From Candidatus Aenigmatarchaeota archaeon (lineage in GTDB: Archaea > Aenigmatarchaeota > Aenigmatarchaeia > CG10238-14 > SCSR01), in assembly GCA_016187385.1 (NCBI GenBank), contig JACPJU010000001.1, positions 101,956-165,955 of the forward strand: 64,000 nt of DNA, written 5' to 3'. Positions 1-6,908 of the stretch are shown here, one piece after another. The stretch's first letter is position 1; every line of letters begins with the position of its first letter. A program made the position numbers and the translations under genes. The notes under the pieces are model-generated. The model had not been told where the DNA came from and did no database searches. It saw only the letters and a program-made list of their open reading frames with translations.

Positions 1-377
1 TCCGTGTCTGTCTCGCTTTTGAACTGATGGTTGGATGAATCAAGACTGTTCCTCAATTCCTGATAGTTTTCGATTATGCCGTTGTGTACAACAGCTATGT
101 TGCCATTGCAATCTACGTGCGGATGTGCGTTTGTTTTGGTGACACCGCCATGAGTCGCCCATCTTGTGTGTGCAATGCCCAACGTCCCTGGTATGTCAGT
201 CAAATTCAGCTTTGAATGTATGTCGTCGATTCTTCCGACTTCCTTTTTGATATGGAGACCACTATCAAGAGTGGCTATGCCAGCGGAATCGTACCCCCTG
301 TACTCAAGCCTCTTGAGGCCGTTGAACAAAAGGGGGGCAGCTTCCTGCTTTCCAATGTATCCTATAATACCGCACAT
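1..377 (-). CDS. glmS: glutamine--fructose-6-phosphate aminotransferase, N-terminal part (gene continues beyond window start)
   Basis: Reverse-strand translation from ATG at 377 reads [35 protein letters not shown]...[18 protein letters not shown]...[12 protein letters not shown]...SETDT, the class-II amidotransferase N-terminus typical of GlmS. Not in the ORF track because it is open at the window edge. Confidence 0.85.
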   Translation of the reverse strand, partial: MCGIIGYIGKQEAAPLLFNGLKRLEYRGYDSAGIATLDSGLHIKKEVGRIDDIHSKLNLTDIPGTLGIAHTRWATHGGVTKTNAHPHVDCNGNIAVVHNGIIENYQELRNSLDSSNHQFKSETDT

Positions 378-418
378 AAGCTCACTAGTGAAACAAATCA
401 AGTTGGTCGGGATTTTGT

Positions 419-501
419 GTGGGGATGATCTGGAATGCACACTGATGTGAGGAACCGTTCACCTATCAGGATGAGATATTCGTTGCATTCCATCATCTTA
501 A
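419..501 (-). ncRNA. candidate structured leader RNA / cis-regulatory element, copy 1 of 2
   Basis: Minus strand reads TTAAGATGATGGAATGca...GGTGAAcGGTTCCTCACa...tgCATTCCaGAtcATCCCCAC. It shares three conserved blocks with 16243-16317. Helices covary between copies. A TATA-like TTTTATAT lies about 22 nt upstream. The element ends 42 nt before the glmS ATG. Confidence 0.3.
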
Positions 502-640
502 GAAAGATAATAAATCTTGAGGAATATAAAAGGAGCCTAAACAGGATTCTTTAGAAGAGATGCTTTCAGCAGAAAAGAAGGCTTAAAATGGCTTGACTCC
601 TAAAGAAAGATTTATAAGGGTAATATTTCATTTATAAACT

Positions 641-1558
641 ATGCATTATGTAGTCGAAGAGCATGATGAGGGGCAGAAGATTAACAAGACTCTGATAATG
701 AAGCCTACAAGTTTTAATGCCCTGAACAGCGAGCTTGCGGTAAAGGTTCTGACAGAATTGGGCAAGAAGCCGCAGTGCGCTATGGACATAGCCAGAAAGC
801 TGAAGGAGCACGAGCAGAAGATTTACTATCATCTGAGAAGGCTGGAAAAGAATGGGATAATCAAGCTTATTCGGCGCGAGGAACGTGTTGGCGGGCTGGC
901 GAAGATATACGAGGTGTCGCATCCTTACATTTCTATCAAACTCTTTGACGGCGGGCATTTGACGGATGTGAAGATGAAACCAAAGGAGATTGAATTTTTC
1001 AAGTCATTCATCAAGAATGGAAAATTAGATGGCTTGATTGTTGTTGGTTCTCCTGATCCGCATGGAAAGTATGGTGCGCATGCTTCTGATGGGAGTGCTG
1101 CCGTGGACTTGGCATTGCTGCTTGGGAGCTTTCTGACTCATGCGTCGCCGAATTACAAGCTTGACACTGAACTGAAGGAGAATGATTTGAAGAATAATTT
1201 GATACTAGTGGGCGGACCGAAGGCGAATATTCTGATTGACAGGATAAATACAAAGATGCCCGTGTATTTTGACACGAAGAATGAATTCAACATTGTTTCC
1301 ACTTTTACCAAGTCCGTCTACAGCGAAGATAATGTCGGTGTTATAGTCAAAATGAAGAATCCTTTTGCCAGTGACAGGGAGATTTTGATATTATCGGGAA
1401 AGAGATTCAAGGGAACCAAGTCTGCCATCCTAGGGTTGGTGAAATATTTGAAGAAATTGGGAGATGGAAACCAGTTTGACGGCGGAATTGCGAGAGTTGT
1501 CCACGGGATTGACAGGGATGCTGACGGGATTATAGATGATGTAGAATTTTTGGAGTAG
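641..1558 (+). CDS. winged-helix (ArsR-like) DNA-binding protein with a C-terminal domain resembling S-layer C-terminal modules
   Basis: N-terminal wHTH segment LNSELAVKVLTELGKKPQCAMDIARKLKEHEQKIYYHLRRLEKNGII. C-terminal NNLILVGGPKANILIDRIN resembles the HLILVGSSAVNKI motif of the S-layer candidate at 43560-45920. The true start may be the ATG at 698 (MKPTSF). Confidence 0.6.
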   Translation: MHYVVEEHDEGQKINKTLIMKPTSFNALNSELAVKVLTELGKKPQCAMDIARKLKEHEQKIYYHLRRLEKNGIIKLIRREERVGGLAKIYEVSHPYISIKLFDGGHLTDVKMKPKEIEFFKSFIKNGKLDGLIVVGSPDPHGKYGAHASDGSAAVDLALLLGSFLTHASPNYKLDTELKENDLKNNLILVGGPKANILIDRINTKMPVYFDTKNEFNIVSTFTKSVYSEDNVGVIVKMKNPFASDREILILSGKRFKGTKSAILGLVKYLKKLGDGNQFDGGIARVVHGIDRDADGIIDDVEFLE

Positions 1559-1658
1559 TTTCTGAGAAGGGTTTCTGGTAATGTTCATTATCACAACTGT
1601 GATGCACTGGTTATTGATTTTCGATGATTTAATATTTATAAAGACAAGATTATAGTAG

Positions 1659-1928
1659 ATGACTATGAAAATACCGATACCCATTGTGATATCTAAGGAG
1701 GGAAAATGGTTTGTTGCATCTTCTCCAGTTTTAGATATAGCTACACAAGGCAAAACAGAGAATGAGGTTAAGGAAAATATGGCCGATCTTATAAATGATT
1801 ATTTCAAAGATCCTGATACACCAAAACCGCAGATAAATACGATAATGGAAATTTCTATAACAAATATTCCTGTAAATGTTCCAGAAGGTGTTTTACATAG
1901 GAAAACTTCGTCCTCTACCACAACATAA
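1659..1928 (+). CDS. hicB: HicB-like antitoxin (UPF0150 fold)
   Basis: IPIVISKEGKWFVASSPVLDIATQGKTENEVKENMADLINDYF is the typical HicB/UPF0150 N-terminal pattern. It overlaps the downstream HicA-like ORF. Confidence 0.5.
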   Translation: MTMKIPIPIVISKEGKWFVASSPVLDIATQGKTENEVKENMADLINDYFKDPDTPKPQINTIMEISITNIPVNVPEGVLHRKTSSSTTT

Positions 1929-2115
1929 AGTAATACAGATTCTTAGGAATAACGGATTTCAAGAAATCAGATCTGGTAGGCACATAACGTTCAAGAAAAC
2001 TGGTGCTGATGGAAAGGTTTGGACAACTTGGGTACCTCATCACAACGAGGTGACCATATTTGTTATAAAATACATAATAAAACAAACTGGAAAACCAAGA
2101 GAAGAGTTTGAATAA
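1876..2115 (+). CDS. hicA: HicA-like mRNA interferase toxin
   Basis: KVIQILRNNGFQEIRSGRHITFKK...TTWVPHHNEVTIFVIKYIIKQTG matches the HicA/YcfA pattern (KxxxxLxxxGF, GSH-like, HH...lxxGtlxxIlkqaG). The start codon is uncertain. Confidence 0.55.
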   Translation: MFQKVFYIGKLRPLPQHKVIQILRNNGFQEIRSGRHITFKKTGADGKVWTTWVPHHNEVTIFVIKYIIKQTGKPREEFE

Positions 2116-2161
2116 TTGAACATGTTTCATATTTAATTGCAAAATCAATTTCCGCAATTGT

Positions 2162-2437
2162 TCAAAACTCCCCAGGATGTTCCTTGACCCAGTTGTCTAT
2201 CGCCTTCTTGATCTCAACAACAGAATGCTCGCCGCTCGGCAGTTTCCTTTTGATCGTGATGGGAATGACATTTTCCTTGAATTCTTGCTTGGCAGTTTCT
2301 ATAGTATCCTTTTCTTCCGACTTTGCCAGAACAGGTGCGCCTAAGGAAATCTGCAATGCCCTAGCCCCCATAAGACGGGCAACTTCGAATCTTGTCAACC
2401 TATAACTTGGCCAAATCAACGTTACACCTTTTAGCAA
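2162..2437 (-). CDS. rpoK: DNA-directed RNA polymerase subunit K (Rpb6 homolog)
   Basis: LTRFEVARLMGARALQISLGAPV is the Rpb6/RpoK signature. It lies at the end of the L18e-L13-S9-RpoN-RpoK operon. Confidence 0.85.
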   Translation of the reverse strand: MLKGVTLIWPSYRLTRFEVARLMGARALQISLGAPVLAKSEEKDTIETAKQEFKENVIPITIKRKLPSGEHSVVEIKKAIDNWVKEHPGEF

Positions 2438-2468
2438 ATTAGTTATTACACAATGGTATTTAAAACGC

Positions 2469-2663
2469 TTATGGTTTGAACAGGCTTATCTCTTTGAGCA
2501 AGTCAACATGACCCATGAATAATTGCCTGCAGCAGTATCTTTTCAGTCCTAGGTCGCTCATGACCTCGCCTGCGTTCTCTCCGGCTTGAGTTCTTTTCTT
2601 AAAATCTTCATAAAGGTGAGCAATAGGCTTGCCGCACGTGATGCAACGGATTGGAATTATGAT
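2469..2663 (-). CDS. rpoN: DNA-directed RNA polymerase subunit N (Rpb10 homolog), no canonical start codon
   Basis: Reverse-strand frame reads IIIPIRCITCGKPIAHLYEDFKKRTQAGENAGEVMSDLGLKRYCCRQLFMGHVDLLKEISLFKP*. Homologs start MIIP(I/V)RCF(T/S)CGK. The in-frame region back to the TGA stop at 2684-2682 has no ATG/GTG/TTG. ATC at 2663 is preceded by GGTGATAAA (SD-like). Confidence 0.8.
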   Translation of the reverse strand: MIIPIRCITCGKPIAHLYEDFKKRTQAGENAGEVMSDLGLKRYCCRQLFMGHVDLLKEISLFKP

Positions 2664-2708
2664 TTTATCACCAGTGTAATTTCATTTCGAATATTTTGTT
2701 TAAATAAC

Positions 2709-3134
2709 TTACCTCTTTGAGCGCTGCTTATGACGGCGGGAACCACGTTTTGATGCTCCTCTTCCACTTCCATGATGAGGTTCGTTTCTTCTCGGATCGT
2801 AAACCAGTAAGTGCCTGTCATATTCCATGTACTTTTCGCGCAGTTCATTGCCCTTTGAATATTCGACCAGTCCCTTGGCTATCGCTATCCTGATGGCCTC
2901 AGCCTGACCGACTATTCCACCACTTTTGACTGTCACATCGATGTTGACCTTCTTGGACAAGTCGCCCGCAATAATCAAAGGCTCCATTGCCCACAATCTC
3001 AAAGGCTCGTTCCCCCACAGGCTTAACGGAACAGAATTTATCTTGACTGTGCCTGTGCCTGCTTTGACTACAGCCCCCGCAACAGCAAGTCTCCTTTTGC
3101 CTGCAGCCTGCACAAAATCCTTTTTCTTTACCAT
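2709..3134 (-). CDS. rps9: 30S ribosomal protein S9 (uS9)
   Basis: GKRRLAVAGAVVKAGTG...GGIVGQAEAIRIAIAKGL...DPRRNEPHHGSGRGASKRGSRRHKQRSKR. Typical uS9 with the conserved C-terminal ...SKR tail. Operon context supports it. Confidence 0.9.
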   Translation of the reverse strand: MVKKKDFVQAAGKRRLAVAGAVVKAGTGTVKINSVPLSLWGNEPLRLWAMEPLIIAGDLSKKVNIDVTVKSGGIVGQAEAIRIAIAKGLVEYSKGNELREKYMEYDRHLLVYDPRRNEPHHGSGRGASKRGSRRHKQRSKR

Positions 3135-3550
3135 CTTTTCTTCGCACCTATGCCGGTTGACAGTTCCCCAAGTGTTATGTATGTTGTCTTCAATTTAACA
3201 GCATCAGCGAATTGCACCTTTTCCTTTTGCATTTTTTCATATTCTTCTGGGACGCCTATAAAGACTTTCAATTTCCTGAATGCGTTCCTTCCCTTCGCAT
3301 GGTTCCATGGCAGCATTCCTCGGACGGTTCTTCTGAATATGTCCGCGGGGTATTTTGGGAAGAAAGGTCCTTTGAAAGGATCTCCACGTTTTACTCTCGT
3401 ATCGTATTCCCCTTTTTTCATTTTCGGATTTCCAGATAAAACAGCTTTCTCTGAATTCACAACTATGACATTCTCCCCGTTAAGCAGGTTTTTGGCTACT
3501 ACTGTAGAGAGCCTTCCCATTATCTGGTTTTCTGCGTCGTATATTTTCAT
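3128..3550 (-). CDS. rpl13: 50S ribosomal protein L13 (uL13)
   Basis: MKIYDAENQIMGRLSTVVAKNLLNGENVIVVNSEKAVLSG is the uL13 N-terminus. It sits between L18e and S9. Confidence 0.9.
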   Translation of the reverse strand: MKIYDAENQIMGRLSTVVAKNLLNGENVIVVNSEKAVLSGNPKMKKGEYDTRVKRGDPFKGPFFPKYPADIFRRTVRGMLPWNHAKGRNAFRKLKVFIGVPEEYEKMQKEKVQFADAVKLKTTYITLGELSTGIGAKKRW

Positions 3551-3554
3551 GCAA

Positions 3555-3920
3555 TCACGAAATAATTTTCACATTCGATCCTTTCGGGTTTTTATCAATC
3601 AAATTTTCTATAGTCAGACATTCGCCGCCTACATTCTTAATTTTTTCTTTTGCTGCGGTTGAGAATCTCCAAGCCGCAACATTGACTTTCTTTGACAGCA
3701 CTCCTGAAGCAAGGACAACACCGGGCACTACAATTGTCTCACCGTTGTCAACGTGCCTCTGGATGTCGGACAAATTGACATTTATTCTCTGCCTGGTTGG
3801 CTTGGCGAGCTTTTTGGCTATGTCTTTCCATATGGGAGCTTTCAGTTCGATGGATTTCTTCTTCAGGTTTTCTATCTCTTGCCTTAGATAAGGGTTTGTG
3901 GGTCCTGTCCTTTTGACCAT
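3555..3920 (-). CDS. rpl18e: 50S ribosomal protein L18e (eL18)
   Basis: MVKRTGPTNPYLRQEIENLKK...VVPGVVLASGVLSKKVNVAAWRFSTAAKEKI. The archaeal L18e pattern and operon position fit. Confidence 0.85.
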   Translation of the reverse strand: MVKRTGPTNPYLRQEIENLKKKSIELKAPIWKDIAKKLAKPTRQRINVNLSDIQRHVDNGETIVVPGVVLASGVLSKKVNVAAWRFSTAAKEKIKNVGGECLTIENLIDKNPKGSNVKIIS

Positions 3921-3985
3921 AAGTATCGCAAATTAGTTAGTAATTGTAGGTTTTTAAGTTTTAAGGAAAAAGAAGATGGGCTGGC

Positions 3986-4171
3986 TTATCCCATCTTGCA
4001 CATCTTGTCGTGCCACATTCCTGCGATTAAGAACACCAGGACTCCTGTTATCACCCAGTTCCAGGGTCCTCCTGCAGGATAGAACTGTTGCAGCAAGCCA
4101 TAGACTACCATAGCAGTTGCGACAGTCAGTGGAACGACGTGTTTATGATGCATACCTTTCATTTCTGCCAT
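3986..4171 (-). CDS. small membrane protein (2 predicted TM helices)
   Basis: 61-aa ORF with two hydrophobic stretches. No recognisable family. Confidence 0.35.
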   Translation of the reverse strand: MAEMKGMHHKHVVPLTVATAMVVYGLLQQFYPAGGPWNWVITGVLVFLIAGMWHDKMCKMG

Positions 4172-4215
4172 TAAGTTATCACCATTATTAATTTGGTGTT
4201 TTTAAAAGAAATTCA

Positions 4216-4302
4216 TGCGCCAATCGGGATTTGAACCCGAGCCACAAGCTTGGGAAGCTCGTATCCTTTCCTGCATCTTGAACCAGGCTAGACTATTGGC
4301 GC
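4216..4302 (-). tRNA. tRNA-Gly(CCC) with a roughly 12-nt insertion between the D arm and anticodon stem (near position 26/27)
   Basis: Reverse complement folds as GCGCCAA TA GTCT AGCCTGGTTCA AGAT G [CAGGAAAGGATA] CGAGC TTCCCAA GCTTG TGGC TCGGG TTCAAAT CCCGA TTGGCGC A. It is colinear with the uninterrupted tRNA-Gly(GCC) at 48666-48739. No encoded CCA. Confidence 0.7.
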
Positions 4303-5282
4303 ATGATATTTGGATGTTTTGCGTTAATTAATTTCAATAATCCATTTAGGTATGTCTGGTTAGGAACCATTATAAAGAAGCCTGGAATCTTCATTTGTTG
4401 CTTTTCTGTGTCATATTCATGATTTTTAATAGGATTAACTTCTTGTCCACGGCTATCGCATACCAATCCACCTGCTTCTCTGTAAGCCAATGTAGTGCAA
4501 CCTAAATCTTCTAACATCATACCTTTGCAAAGGTGTGCTTTATAGGCAATCAGCTCTGGGAGCTCCAGATCTTTCAATTTGATATCGGATGTTCCTTTTA
4601 TTAAACCGAGGAATGCTACTGTGAAACATCCCGGTCCTATTAAACTGTCATCTGGGAATATTTTCTTTAGGTCGGGTCTCTCGGCTTCCAAAGCTCTTGT
4701 AAATCTCACAAAATCTAAAGAAGAATAGTCGCTGTCCTTTACTAAACTTAGTTTCTTACCATTTAGATATGTTCCCTTTCCCGTCTCTGTTACAAGTGTT
4801 AAATTAAGTAAAGGGTATCTGATAACACCAACGATTGGTTCTGTTCCTTTAAAAATTGCGACAGAAATTGACCAAAATTTAGAGAAATGTTTCCCATAAT
4901 CTTTTGTACCAGGTGTTCCACTCAAAAAATTCTTCGAACCATCTATAGGGTCTATTACTAGAGTATATTTGTCGTTTGGGAGTCGATTTCTATGAAAAAA
5001 CTTTTCTGCTAATATTTCAATATCAGGTGTAGACTCTTCAATTACTAAACCCAAATTTCTTATCCCAGATAGCTCTTTCATTATTATTTCTTGAACTTTT
5101 GCATCGACAAAAGAGAACGCACTTTTCTCCGCTTTCAATTCAGAACTTTCAGCAATAACTTCTTTACCTTCAGGGAAGGTTTTACCAAAATGTTCAAGGG
5201 CTACATCTGCCGCTTTCATCACAACATTTTCAATATCGGCAATATTAAAAGGGTGCATATTCAAAACATAAGCAAAATGCAT
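4293..5282 (-). CDS. inositol monophosphatase / fructose-1,6-bisphosphatase family protein
   Basis: LVIDPIDGSKNF and WSISVAI motifs of the IMPase superfamily. The last 10 nt overlap the 5' end of tRNA-Gly(CCC). Confidence 0.8.
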   Translation of the reverse strand: MHFAYVLNMHPFNIADIENVVMKAADVALEHFGKTFPEGKEVIAESSELKAEKSAFSFVDAKVQEIIMKELSGIRNLGLVIEESTPDIEILAEKFFHRNRLPNDKYTLVIDPIDGSKNFLSGTPGTKDYGKHFSKFWSISVAIFKGTEPIVGVIRYPLLNLTLVTETGKGTYLNGKKLSLVKDSDYSSLDFVRFTRALEAERPDLKKIFPDDSLIGPGCFTVAFLGLIKGTSDIKLKDLELPELIAYKAHLCKGMMLEDLGCTTLAYREAGGLVCDSRGQEVNPIKNHEYDTEKQQMKIPGFFIMVPNQTYLNGLLKLINAKHPNIMRQ

Positions 5283-5297
5283 TTAAATAACAAAGTG

Positions 5298-5394
5298 CGC
5301 TGGGAGTGGGATTTGAACCCACATGAGCTTGCGCCCGCTGGTTTTCGAGATTCACCTTTTTATCCAGTGCTCTACCTGATTGAGCGACCCCAGC
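5298..5394 (-). tRNA. tRNA-Ser(CGA) with a roughly 13-nt insertion inside the 5' half of the anticodon stem (about position 30/31)
   Basis: Reverse complement folds as GCTGGGG TC GCTC AATCAGGTA GAGC A CTGG[ATAAAAAGGTGAA]T CTCGAAA ACCAG C GGGC GCAA GCTC AT GTGGG TTCAAAT CCCAC TCCCAGC G. It has a long variable arm and G73, as expected for Ser. Confidence 0.7.
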
Positions 5395-5429
5395 AATTAA
5401 AGAATGCAATGATAAATTAAATATCTTTT

Positions 5430-5729
5430 CTATTGGTAAAGCATAGAGCCTGCGATTATCACAACTGCAATTAGTACGGCTATGGCAACTATCGCGTACC
5501 ATATCAGCTTGAACGGTATTTCTTTGAAGACACGCTTAAAAACAAAGTAAGCAACTATTGACCCGAAGATAACTGAGCCTATTGCCAGCAACAAGTTCTG
5601 CGATGCGTAATAAGACAATGAAATTATCAATTCCCAAAGTTTTGAAAGGGAGAACGTTATTGTATCCCAAGTTTGTTGCGCCAGTCCAAAGAGTAATTCT
5701 ACCAGAATAATGAAGGGATTTTTCACCAT
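5430..5729 (-). CDS. membrane protein (3 predicted TM helices)
   Basis: 99-aa hydrophobic ORF. No family recognised. Confidence 0.4.
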   Translation of the reverse strand: MVKNPFIILVELLFGLAQQTWDTITFSLSKLWELIISLSYYASQNLLLAIGSVIFGSIVAYFVFKRVFKEIPFKLIWYAIVAIAVLIAVVIIAGSMLYQ

Positions 5730-5765
5730 ATTTATTAAATTATGAAAGTTGAATATTAAATTTGT

Positions 5766-6176
5766 ATGAAAATAAGGAAAGCCGAACTCACTGACATCTT
5801 AGAATGCGTAAATCTGAGTAAAATAAAAGAATTTGAGACACCATTGGGTTTTCCTAGTGAAGAATATCTTAAAGAGAGTTTGGAGACAGGTTTGTTTTTC
5901 GTGGCAGAAAAAAATAATAAAATTTTGGGGTTCATTCTAGGATTCAAATTGACCAGAAAAGATGTATACCTAGATCTTCTGACTGTACGTAAAGAAGCTA
6001 GAGGAAAAGAAATAGGTCGAAGACTAATTAACAAATTCAAAGAAGAATTAAGAAAACAGAGTGTAAAAATGTATTTTCTAATTGCACCGTCATTTAATAA
6101 AAGTACACATTCATTTTATAGAAAACTAGGGTTAAAAGAAGGAGACGAATATATTCTTTTCTGCGAAAAATTGTAG
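5766..6176 (+). CDS. GNAT family N-acetyltransferase
   Basis: LLTVRKEARGKEIGRRLINKF matches the acetyl-CoA binding motif A (Q/RxxGxG/A) of GNAT enzymes. Size of 136 aa is typical. Confidence 0.7.
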   Translation: MKIRKAELTDILECVNLSKIKEFETPLGFPSEEYLKESLETGLFFVAEKNNKILGFILGFKLTRKDVYLDLLTVRKEARGKEIGRRLINKFKEELRKQSVKMYFLIAPSFNKSTHSFYRKLGLKEGDEYILFCEKL

Positions 6177-6179
6177 TCT

Positions 6180-6863
6180 TTATTTTGGAACTAATTTAGC
6201 TTCTTCAATTTCCAGATAGCCGCTGGAAGTTTTATTGTCCCATATTTTTCTGGAACTTATGACTTCTATTTTTTTCTTGAATTTGGGACCGTTTACGACG
6301 AAAGTATTGTAATAACCCCCTTCGCCTAGCACATCAAAACCGAACTTCTTGCTCAGTTTCTTGAATTCGCCAGCAGTTTCTTTGTCCAGTTTCTTTCCCA
6401 GCCATTCGGGACCAAGTCCGTCTGTTGCGACATCGGTCATCATTATGTCGAATCCAGAATTTATCGTCTTGTCAAACAACTCTTCAGATGTCAAATTTTC
6501 ATAAGGAACAATTATATCGATTCCGAATTTTTGCGCAACTCTTTTCAATTCCCTTATCTGGGTTTCTTGCAGTCCTACGCCACCCATCAATATTGCGTCT
6601 ACTTTCAGGTTTTTGAAAACTTCTTCTAATTCATCAGCTTCTTCCTTCGGCCCTATCTTTTCTGATTTCACGTGGATAACAGGAATTCCAAGAGCTTCTG
6701 ACGTCAATCTGGTCCATTCGACAGTTGAATATTGGTATAAGAATGACTCGGTGCTTTTTGGCTTTACAGAAATGAGTGTTTCTACGTCCCATCCTTGGCT
6801 TAGCGCATAATTCAATGCCATTGTGGAATCCTTCCCTCCACTGAACATTACCGCGACTTTCAT
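6180..6863 (-). CDS. PP-loop ATP pyrophosphatase, diphthine--ammonia ligase (Dph6/MJ0570) family
   Basis: MKVAVMFSGGKDSTMAL contains the SGGKDS PP-loop. Length and remaining pattern fit the archaeal MJ0570-type domain. Confidence 0.75.
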   Translation of the reverse strand: MKVAVMFSGGKDSTMALNYALSQGWDVETLISVKPKSTESFLYQYSTVEWTRLTSEALGIPVIHVKSEKIGPKEEADELEEVFKNLKVDAILMGGVGLQETQIRELKRVAQKFGIDIIVPYENLTSEELFDKTINSGFDIMMTDVATDGLGPEWLGKKLDKETAGEFKKLSKKFGFDVLGEGGYYNTFVVNGPKFKKKIEVISSRKIWDNKTSSGYLEIEEAKLVPK

Positions 6864-6908
6864 AACACCCTTTTAACTTACAATGTTTTTAAATTTAACT
6901 ATGGTGGC

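Noticed and set aside
166-450. Plus-strand ORFs 166-450 and 216-428.
   Set aside because: They are antisense to the glmS N-terminus (MCGIIGYIG... on the minus strand), which is far better supported.
419-501. Canonical box C/D sRNA interpretation of the repeated element (AUGAUGG ... CUGA/CAGA, with internal UGAAYGG and CUGA/CUGG).
   Set aside because: The guide spacers would be 17-22 nt instead of about 12. No terminal stem is formed by the flanks, and the D/D' boxes are not both intact in either copy. It is kept only as k-turn-like in the finding.
4293-4302. 10-nt overlap of the IMPase-family CDS stop with the 5' end of tRNA-Gly(CCC) on the same strand.
   Set aside because: Small same-strand overlaps occur in compact genomes. 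There is no evidence of functional significance.
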